Source of the DNA: Takakia lepidozioides
Taxonomy: Eukaryota > Plantae > Bryophyta
DNA length: 64,000 bases
Assembly (NCBI GenBank): GCA_030704615.1
Contig: CM060734.1
Coordinates: forward strand, 27,404,001-27,468,000
Reading direction: 5' to 3'
Translations under genes and position numbers: made by a program
The notes under the pieces: model-generated
The model's database searches: none
Seen by the model: only the letters and a program-made list of their open reading frames with translations
Told to the model about the DNA's origin: nothing
In this document: piece by piece, positions 50,815 to 61,100 of the stretch
Layout: the number at the start of each line of letters is the position of its first letter
Numbering within the stretch: position 1 is the first letter of the stretch

Positions 50815-51390
50815 TCATGTGCGGAGATCGCGATAACTCGGAGGTGTGTATGTGGACTTGGAATCGGACGTGGCTTTGACAGCAGCCACAAACGAAGGAA
50901 ACCTCGAGACATTGAACGGAATATTGGCCTCGTAGAAAAATTGGGCCCACTTCTTATCCAGAGTCCTCCCGTGCGACAAATTTAAGCCTTCTTGCATTGA
51001 TTGTTGCCTCAATGGTCCGTACAAGTGCTGGCGTACAATCGGGTGTTGCTCCTGACCCACCGGCTTCTCCACGAACAGTAGACGCCTCGCAAGAATCCCC
51101 CTGGGTACAACTCTGAGGGACAGTTTGATTCGAACCTAGAGTGTTTGGCTCAGAAGCCGCAGCCACATCAAGAGACGGTGGGATATTGCCTCCACATTGG
51201 GCAAAGTGGGCTTTCACTCGTATGGAGGCTTTTGAGCACAAACTAACCCCTACATTCTTCCCATCTCTGTAGCCGAGGTGATATAACATGCGATCTTTGC
51301 GACCCGCCAGCTTCAATGCACAAAGATTGCATTGAACACCGTCCTTTTTGTGCGGGTCTATGGTGAACCAAGGGATCCACTCCTCCATCA
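50815..51390 (-). pseudogene. hAT transposase N-terminal fragment (BED finger + pre-DUF659 region)
   Basis: W..F...CNLC...RMLYHL...C (BED-type) and WAQFFYEANIPFNV..PSF..PPSYRDLRT. Confidence 0.8.
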
Positions 51391-51802
51391 TCCTCACACC
51401 CAAAACCCTAACCACAGACTTAAGATTGAACGAAGAATACTAATGTACTTGGTAGATTTGTCAAGAGCAATAGAAGTTAGAACAGAATGCGATGGCCCAA
51501 CACTACGGCATCAATCCAAGTGGATCAATGCACCATGTAGTATTGTGTTTTTTGACAATTTGCTGCAGTGGCTCTGGTGGAAGCCACAACAGCAAACGGT
51601 CCGTACCCTCCTCTTGGGCTTACACTCTTGCTCAAGGAATAGAGAACATTCACTCGCCACAAAAGTGTTTGCCACAAAAGAAGTGAGGGGCATTGGGACC
51701 ACCTTATATACCCTCCAGCCTCCAAGCCTCACATGCTTGACGAATCAGATCCGCTCCAAGTCGCACGAGGAAATCGCATGTTTTTTTTTTTTAAAAACTG
51801 CT

Positions 51803-52411
51803 GCGACCACCCTCATGCTGGTGGTCGCACCTATTTTTTAAAAAAAATGCTGCGACCACTCCCATGCTCGTGATCACAGAGATTATTAAAAAAATAAAAA
51901 AATAAAAAAATTGCTGCGACCACCCCCTTGCTGGTGGTCGCAACTATTAAAAAAACAGAAAATTTCTGTGACCACCCCCCTGCTGGTGGTTGCACCTATT
52001 AAACAAATAGAAAATTTCTGCGACCACCCCCATGCTCGTGGACACAGATAATTTTTTTTTCAAAAAATAAAAATAAATTTTGCGACCATCCCCCTGCTGG
52101 TGGTCGCATTTATTAAAAAAAAAAAAATGCTGCGACCACCCCCATGTTGGTGGTCACAGATATTAAAAAATAGAAAAATATTGCGACCACCGCCCTGATG
52201 GTGGTCGCACCTATTATAAATAAAATAAAAATTGTGCGACCACCAGTAGCGGTGGTCGCAACTGTTTAAGAAAAGAAAAAAATGCGACCACCCCTACTAG
52301 TGGTCGCATCTATTTTTTAAAAACAAAAAATGTTGCGACAACCCCTCTGCTAATGGTCGCAACTATTAAAAAATAAGATAAATTCTGCGACCACCACCAT
52401 TTGGAGGTCGC
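51803..52411. repeat. Array of 12 palindromic ~26-28-bp units TGCGACCAC-N-GTGGTCGCA with A/T-rich spacers
   Basis: Units start at ~51803, 51851, 51915, 51967, 52019, 52081, 52131, 52182, 52235, 52283, 52334 and 52386. Confidence 0.9.
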
Positions 52412-52749
52412 ACCAATTTAAGAAGAATGATTTAAAAATGACCTCAACTATTGGCGGATGGAGTAATTTATAAAACAATTCATTCATTTGCCAAGGTGTC
52501 GCTTGGAATACAACGTGTCCACCTACGCAGCATATTTTTCACCTAACTCATGTTTTATTGATTTTTCGGCAAAACTGACGTGACGTTGGTCGCATCAGCG
52601 TCAGGTCCGACGTGATGTGACGTTACGTGACGTCACTGACGTGTGCAACCCTGGTGTTGAGCCGGCAGAGAAGTTTAGCATGTGTTTGTTCTTGTTTTGT
52701 GTCTTCTCGCGATTCTCATGATGAGGTTCTTTTGTCTGACCGATGTTAG

Positions 52750-54894
52750 GCCATGCAGACAAGGTTGCTGCGAATCTGGAATGGCCATACAAACACGAAG
52801 TTGCTGTACCACTTTCCCATCGAGCCAACAGACGACAAAATGAATGACTGGCTCTACATGATGACTTGGTGGCATCAGGTATAATTTCCTCCTCTTCTAT
52901 GTGTTGGACATCATCGCAATTTCAAATTCATGAATGTTTTGGAGACTTGCAATGCTGCAGGTACTGACCCACGCCCAGGAGCAATTGGATTGCAACACCA
53001 CCACTTTCAAGTTACAGATCAACTGGACGAAACCGGAGACAATGGAGAACTACGTGCAGTCCTGGCGAGGGCGCTTCGCAAACCTCTTTTTCAGAGAAAT
53101 TGCAAAGGCAAGATGCAACGTATACATCGAAGAGCAGGAGGGTGCTGACAAAGCGGCAATGCGAGTCTTGTTCAGGTAATCTGCTGCCAATGCATCCCCC
53201 TATTTGCAGTTTTGAGGATTTAGCCAAGCAGCGGTGGGTATTGCGGCGCCAAAATATACCTCTGCAAGATGTGAATGTTGGGTAATTGGGGCACGGTCCA
53301 TTGCGTATTTCGGTGCCGAAATACCTTTTGCATTCAGAACTTCCTCTTGCATGATGCATCAGTAGCATGATTTTTGTTGAACTGGCTCGTGATTGCAGGT
53401 ACATAAATTTTGCTCTCATTCTGTCCGGAGCCATTCAAAGGGTCCCACCATTCTTCCTGGTGTGGAGGACACCTGGAGGTCATGGTACGATGTACACAGA
53501 AGTAATGGCGAAGGAGTGGCATGCCGAGCATTTGGTAGACCGTCCCTGGTATGTGGATCTCCGAAGTGGGACCGTTGACCTCTCGGAGGTTAACTTGAAG
53601 AAGGAAGCGAATGCCCGGGCTATGAAGGCGCATTTGGATCCCCAACCAGAGGACGCGGAAGAACTGAAAGTAGAGGAGGCAGCAAAGCAGAAAGCACTGA
53701 GAAAGTCAGCCAAGGCGGCAACGTTGGTGAAGGAGCAGATGGAGAAGCAGGCAGCTGAGCAGCCCAGGGACAGGAAGAAAAGAATGCGCAAACAGGGGCA
53801 AGAGACGAAGAGCCCCACACCCAAGAAGAAGAAGCAACAACATAGTCAGCTAGATGACGAGGATTCCGACAATGATTTCCAGCAGGATAACACCCAGGGG
53901 GCCACACCTCGTCCGAAAATTCACAAGGTCCAGCGCTCCGGGGGTTTAGCTGCGAAGACATCACTATACGAGGATGCACCTGGCAGACCCTACCGTGCGG
54001 TGCACATTGCGGGCAGGGAAGTCCTCAAAACACCCACAATTGTGAAGTATGTTAATGAAAATTTCGTAACTGCTCTGACCAGAAGGCTGGAGAAAACAAG
54101 ATTGAGGAAGGCGATCGAGGCCCACCAGGGGAAGGGGAAGAGAAAGGCCACTGGAAATGATATCGAAGACACTCCTGGCTACACAAAGATGATGGAGTAT
54201 TTTGTGGCGATGAGCCACGGCAAAAAGAGCACAGTCGGGGGCAGGGCGGTGAAAGCCTCCATCGACATGATCCTTGTGGATATCCCGGATGGGTAGGAGA
54301 TACTGGGGCTGGGCTCTCTACCGTGGTGGAACAAGTACGACGAAAGATACTGGAGCCACACATTCGGGTTCGCAGCCAACATGTTGGACGACGACGGCTG
54401 TGTTGTTGTGCTAGCAGCCGATGGAGAAGTCACTGAGAATGATATCAAAGTATGGACGGGGAGAAGTGCAGCACCCATCCTGAAGAAGATCTAGACTTGC
54501 ATCAACACGTAGGGTCTTGTCAACGATGGTCAGAAAGTTTGCTGCGGTTTTCCTCTATTCTGCCAATTTCTGCGCCGAAATTGCCCATGTATGTGTAGGC
54601 CACCTCTCACGTTCTCCTTTCCTTCTTTGCAGACTCTTATCTTTCAGGCATTCTGCTTCGTGAAAGAACATTCGAAATTCAAATTACGTCAAGCAGGCAG
54701 TCTTGTTGATTCCACAGTTGATCCACTAGACTATAACGTCCTGTTCAACCATGTGGGAGAGAATGACATGCTTTGTGATTTGTCGGGCAAGCCTTGGAGG
54801 TATGGTAGGACCAAGTTTCCTACATTCATCCAGACGCTCATGGAAACGTGTACGGATGTTGAAGGCAGGGTCCTCGACGTCACTGCTAATACAG
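52750..54894 (+). pseudogene. Spliced gene encoding a beta-class N6A/N4C DNA methyltransferase-like protein (exons ~52750-52878, 52961-53175, 53399-54536, 54633-54894)
   Basis: Three GT-AG introns with consistent phases (0, 2, 0). Motifs in beta order: IDMILVDIPDG (motif IV, DPPY-like), FAANMLDDDGCVVV, I*TCIN (IW), and RTKFPTFIQTLMETCTDVEGRVLDVTANTG (motif X/I). In-frame TAGs at 54294, 54492 and 54510. Confidence 0.7.
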
Positions 54895-56759
54895 GTGAGA
54901 GCTGTCAAGTTATTTTACCACTAGTGTGAAACTAGCTAGGAAATAGCTAGTTTTTACATATTGATATTTGGGATTGGCCCAAGTGTCAATCCAGGGGTCA
55001 AGGCAGATTTAGGCCCTGGAGTGGTTATCTTCACGGCAAGCGCGGGAGGCTCATCTTTCTCGAGTTGAGCCTCACCGCGCCTAGCTATGGCGCCGTAGTG
55101 TGGATTCCCCATGGCGTGGGGTGCACTTGGCTTGACTTGTATTTGAGTGATGAGGTTATATATGCATGAGTTTATGCTTCAGCTTTGTGAGCTCGCATGA
55201 GCTTGTGCTTGTATCCTTCCTCTTTATCACTCGAGAAAGATGAGCTCGTATCTATGAGTGCTAGATACGAGTTAGTTGTAGCACTTGTGGTTTTTGCTTG
55301 AGATTGAGAGAAACCAAGTTGTTATGCAAGGAGCACCATGGAGCTCTTGGTTGTTAGAAGCGGAGGTGATGTGGGTTACAAGGTGGTAGACCTTGGCATT
55401 CGATCTTCAGCTTCAGAGATGAAAGCACCATGCTGCAGGTAATTCCAGAGCACCTTGATGGTTTCAGATTGTGTACATGCATGAGCAAGCACGATTGGGA
55501 AGAGGACCAGTCAAGAGCAGGTTATAGTGGCTTTGGTGGCAAAGCTGAGAACTGGACCTGGGAATGCGAGCTTTCATTGTGTGAAGGATTGCAAGACCAA
55601 GCGAAAGGGCTGATTTGGCTTGGGGCAAATCAATGCACTTTGTGGAGTATGGTGAGATTGGGTTCCAATCTCGAGCTTCAGCATTGAGAGGGCTCTTGTC
55701 ATGGCAAGAGCAGGGCTGGAACAGGAGCTAAGAGGTGCGGCAAGGCCATGGAATGTAGGGTTTCAGAGCTTGGAAGAAGAGCTCTTGCACCACAAGAGAA
55801 GTGTCTTGTGGCTGGAAATGTAAGCCTTAGGGTTTCAGGAGCTTGGCAAAGGCTGTGGAGTGCTTAGTCTTGTCTTAGAGAGCATCAAGGAGCCAAGGAG
55901 CCAAGATAGGGGGCTGATATCTCTTGTGTGAAGAGGTTGCATGTGTGGAGCATGTATTCAGCTCATTGAAGCTTCCATCTTCAAGCTTGGAGGGCAAGCA
56001 AGGAAGAGGGAAGGGCTGACTTCCCTTATGTGAGGGCAATGTATGTGTGGAGCATGCTATCAGCCTGGTGAAGGCTTGCACTTTTAGGTGTGGGAGTGCA
56101 AGGAAGGAAGGAAGGGGCGGGCTGGTTTCCCTGTAGGGCATGTAGAGCATGCTTTCAGCCTGCTGAAGCTTGTATTTTCAGGTTTGTGGGTGCAAGAAAT
56201 GAAGCAAAGGAGCTGATTCTCTTATGGTGAGAGTGGGGCATGTGTGGAGCATGCCTTCAGCCCATTGAGGCTCTTGTTTTCAAGCCTTAGAGAACTAGAA
56301 CGGAAGGTCTAGGGCTGGTTTCCACGTGGAGTGAAAGAAAAGCACTTGTAGGGCCTATGTGAGTTGGGGTTTCAACTTCAAGCTTGAAGGGATCGCAACT
56401 CTTGAAGCAACAGATGTAGAGAGCTGGAATAGGCTCTAAGACAGATGTTATGGCCAATGAGAGTGCTTGAATGAGTGCTCACAAGGGCTGGGAACCAGCA
56501 GGGCTTGGTTGTTTGCCATTGAGTTTAGTGGCGTGTTTGGGGAGGCTAAGTGAGAAAGAAGGCTTGGTTTGTGGCAACCACCTCATGGCTTAGGGCTACT
56601 ATGGTGGTGTGTGGGAGCCGAAAGAGCAAGGATACCTTGCTGATTTCCTCACAGCCACCATAGCTCGGTGGAAAGAAGCCTAGAGTCCAAGAGACACAAA
56701 CCCTAGCTTGGCGTGGCTAAACCCCTTGGAGAAATGGCTAAACTGCCAGAGCGGCCATG

Positions 56760-57420
56760 TGTGGGGCTGTGACAGGCTGTGCCCTGTGCCCTGTGGGGCT
56801 GTGACGGGCTGTGCCCAGTGGCCTGTGGGGCTGTGACGGGCTGTGATGGGCTGTGGCAAGCTGTGACAGGCTGTGACGGGCTGTGACGGGCTGTGATGGG
56901 CTGTGGCAAGCTGTGACAGGCTGTGATGGGCTGTGATGGGCTGTGACAGGCTGTGCCCTGTGCCCTGTGGAGCTGTGACGGGCTGTGATGGGCTGTGACA
57001 GGCTGTGCCCTCTGGCCTGTGGGGCTGTGACGGGCTGTGACAGGCTGTGGCAAGCTGTGATGGGCTGTGATGGGCTGTGCCCTGTGCCCCGTGGGGCTGT
57101 GACAGGCTGTGGCGAGCTGTGACAGACTGTGCCCATGGCCTTTGGGGCTGTGACGGGCTGTGAGGGGCTGTGACAGGCCGTGCCTGAGGCCTTTGAGGCT
57201 GTGACGGGCTGTGAGGGGCTGTGACAGGCCGTGCCCATGGCCTTTGGGGCTGTGACGGGCTGTGAGGGGCTGTGACAGGCCGTGCCCGAGGCCTTTGGGG
57301 CTGTGACGGGCTGTGACAGGCCGTGCTTGAGGCCTTTGAGGCTGTGACAGGCTGTGACAGGCTGCGACAGGCTGTGCCCAGTGGCCTGTGGGACTGTGAC
57401 GGCTGTGACCAGTGAGCTGT
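56760..57420. repeat. GGCTGTGA(C/T)GG minisatellite in the 5' region of the DNMT-Gypsy
   Basis: Dozens of ~10-bp GGGCTGTGAC/GGGCTGTGAT units with a higher-order period. Confidence 0.9.
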
Positions 57421-58144
57421 GTGGGCCTGTGCTGGTCTGTGGTGGCCCGTGTTGACCTGTGGACGGCCTGTGCTGACTCGTGGAGGCACTGGTGGACTGC
57501 CTAAGGACTGGCATGTGGTCTGGAAGGCCGAATTTTGAAGCTCGTGGAGGGCGGTTTGAGGAGTATCTTCATGATATTCCCATGGTCATGCAAGTGAGGG
57601 TAGAGAGGAGAGGCAGAGTGTTGGGATGAGAGCATGCTGGGGTTAGGCATTGCTTTAGCTTCTTTCCTCGTAGTTTCCACCCTCTCATTAGGCCAAGACC
57701 TTTCCGTAGGTGGAGGCAAGAGTCAGTCCGGGTTTGGGCTGGGTGTCCTTGCAGGAGCAACACCGTGGAGTTGTTTTTGGTGTGGGGGAGTTGTCGATCT
57801 GATTTCTTGTGTTTGGATCCCCTCCATACCTGCATGCTTGACTGTGCGCCATGCTAGTTTTGGTGGGCGCTTGTTTTTATAGGTGATTGGTCCGGATTTG
57901 ATCACCGGCCAGTCCTAGAGCATGCTGTCGATGGTGAGGACTGGGGTGATGACCAGCCAGACCATCATTGTTTCTCTTGTGGTGAGGTTGGAGGTGATGA
58001 CCAGCCAACCATAGGAGTGCTTGCGGTGGATGCAGGTACAGGTGTAGGCTATGTTAGGAACTTAGTATTCCAAACCATAAGCCGCAACAGGGTCTCTACC
58101 CGGTTACCTTGTGGAGAGGGGGTTAGGGACATGTTCATGACCGG

Positions 58145-61100
58145 TTGAGTGTCAACACGGAGGTGCCACTAGTTGCTGGGGACAGTGCCGGTTCGAGCAC
58201 TAGCGATACTAGTGGGTACACGAGACGAGGTGTGCGGTTTAGGCCACCTTCACCTCCTGTGTCTTCCACGGAAGGTTCTGATTCGGATTGTGAATCAGGA
58301 GGACTCATACCGGCGGTGCAAGTTGTTTCTTTGCCATTGTTGTGGGACACAATGGAGGAGATGTATGGAGCTACCAAGGGGCCACGAAGGTACTCTGGGG
58401 CGGTGGGCACCATCGAGTTGGATGATTTTATCCAAGAGTTTGATAGTTGGTGTGATTTGCAGCAAATGCGCAATCCACAACTATTTACGCCTTTCATGGC
58501 ATGGAAGGGGCTGTTTCAGCACCTTGAGGGGCCGCCTATGGATGATTACCATGAGTTCAGGCGGGGGCATGAGGTTGAGATCGAGGAGTGGAGGATGTAC
58601 TGGTCACCCGACTATGTCTCCATCACTAGGGGCACTAGAGCCACGAGGGCAGTGGCTACACCTGCCGCTGCACCGGCAGCTTCAGCAAGCAGCAGTGGGA
58701 CTGGTGGTACAGTAGCTACGACGTCCACCCAAGCCACTACCGCACCAGCACTAGCACCCGTGCCTGCCTTCAACCCTGTTGTGGAGTTCTTCGAAGAGTT
58801 GAGAGGGAACTACCAAGGGGTGAGGACAGAGAAGTTGCGGAGCTTGCAAGAGTTCCAACGGAAGCCGACCGAGAGCTTGAGGGAGGCTTTCACTCGCATG
58901 AGGCGCTTGATAAATGTAACCCAAGGGGTTACGGAAGCTCAGGCAGTCCAATTCTGGTATGGGATATTGGACAAGGAGCTGAGGAGAAGGGTGCGGGATG
59001 CAACTCTCCTACAAGCGGCCCAACCCACCTTAGCAAATGTGTTTTTGCTGGCAGAGCGGATAGAGCTCAACATGGTGGAGGAACGAGTGGTCATGGTGGG
59101 ATTTGCTAAGGAGACACCACGGGGTAGTGGTGCTCCTAGCCAACCACTACCTCAACGTGCTCAAGGCAACAAGGGGGCTCAGGTGAAGCTCAGGGAAGGG
59201 CAGAGAGGACCTCAGATGCAGGGGTCTCTCCCTTCATTTGCTGGCCAACAACGGGCGGATGTGGTGTGCTGGACATGTGGAGGACCCCATGTCAAGAAGG
59301 ATTGTCCAGAGGGAGGCAAAGGGCCGGCACATGCACAGCCTGCACAGTTACAGTGTGGGCATTGTGGCAAACACGGGCATGGAGAGGCTCAGTGTTATGG
59401 TTTGCATCCTGAGTTGCGCCCAGGCCAGTTCCAAGGGAACAATGGTGGCCGGGGGCGAGGTGGAGCAGCCCAGAGGGGACGAGGTGGCCAGCCACGAGGC
59501 CAAGGGCAAGCTCAACGTGGCCAAGGACGCGGAGGTCAGGGTGTTGACCAAGGCATGGCCAACCGGCTTCAGCAGCTAGAGCAGAGGCTCGCTGCCATGG
59601 CTACAGCTCAGGTGGTACCGGCTCTAAGGCCGGATGGTCCACCTCCTGCTCCTGAGGGAGGAGATATGGGAGGCATGGGATTCATGTGTGGAGCAGCACT
59701 ACCACTAGTGCAGGTGGAGTCTGCTGCAGCCGTGACTCGAGGAGCAGCACGAGTTCCTGAGCCACGAGGTGCAGAGGTGGAGTTGGATCCACAGCGTGGG
59801 GAGGCAAGCCGTCAGGCTAGGCTTCCTCAGTCATTCACATTGGCGGAGACAGTGTCGACGCCATCCATGGCACCTAGTTCTCGCCCGACTGTTACCGAGG
59901 CGGAGGTTACTATGCCATTGGGGAGAGCTACACGGGTAGCACCACTACCTAGTGTTGCCAAGGCTACGGCAGCTAGTGTGCTGCTAGGAGCGGCCACATC
60001 TGTGTGCCAGGCTCCATTGTTCTCGGCTACCATGATTGCGACGCCGGGGGTAAGACCAGCTGAGGTGTTCAGGCTGGCAGCTACACTCTGTGAGAGTGGG
60101 GAGGTTACTTCATCTTCTGCGGAGATAGTAGGAGGTGTAGTGCCGGAGGGATCCTCGGATTTGAGGGTCAAGACTGCCACGGCGGCGCCATGGCAAGCTG
60201 CAGCTGCCAGGTTGATGGAGCTGCCAGCTAGGCCAGCCATTGAGCGCGCCATGGTGACACCTGGAGTTGTCATGTTAGACAACCAGGATGGCATTTTCTG
60301 TTTGAGTGGACCGGCAGGCAAGAGGTACCGGCCACTGCGGGTCTTGTTGGACTCGGGAGCTCAGCCATTGATGCTGGGCAGAGCTGCTATTGCAGGCTTG
60401 GGCCTCACGGAGGCGGATATGGAGCCTTGTCCTTTCCAGATACAGACGTCTCTGGGAGGATCGGAGCAGGCTCGGGGCATGACACGGCGTGAGTTGGCTA
60501 TCAGACTACGGCCGGATCACCCTACAGATGGCTCAGTGATGCGAGCCAAGGCCATTGTGACAGACGCAGTCTCATACGATGTCCTGGTTGGTGGGGCAGT
60601 GTTGTACCCCATGGGCTTCACCCTGGATTTTTGGGAGGAGTCAGCTTCCTATAGGCCTGCATGGCAGTCAGGGGAGGGCCGGCGTGTGCAGCTCCCTGTG
60701 ACGTTCATAGGAGGAGTTGCGGTTGCCCAGCGAGGCAAGATGCCGACACTAGCAGCATTCACAACGGCAGTGAGTTGGCCTAGAGAGTTGCTTGAGGGCA
60801 ATGCTCATTCAGAGGATGTACCACCTCCAGGAGAGCAGGATGACATGTATGGTATGGCGGAGTTGCCTACCATGGTTGCTCAGACTCCATTGTGGGGCAC
60901 GAGCAAGGATTTGCAGCGGGATGCTGATCGACGGGTGCAACAAGCCTGGGTGGAGGCTTTTGTACCGTCAGGAGAGGAGGAGAGTGTGGGGATTGCACCA
61001 GGACCACCTCAATTGTCTCCATTGGACACCACACCTATTGTGTGGCAGTATCCGGATGAAGGCATTTGTCTTCTGGACTTGTTTGGCGGGATCAGCACCG

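Noticed and set aside
51803-52411. CRISPR array
   Set aside because: The spacers are mutually similar poly-A/T tracts, the repeats are degenerate, there are no cas genes and the context is eukaryotic.
54913-54926. CACTA terminal (TTTTACCACTAGTG)
   Set aside because: No matching opposite TIR was found and it lies inside a predicted intron.
55375-55405. LTR end plus PBS of the DNMT-Gypsy (GTTACA-AGG-TGGTAGACC)
   Set aside because: Could not be matched to a tRNA 3' end or to a partner LTR within the window; left undefined.
56680-57514. Long S/Q/P/H-rich ORFs (also 12316-12734, 14909-15357, 19082-19747)
   Set aside because: These are translations of the GGCTGTG minisatellite, open in several frames at once.
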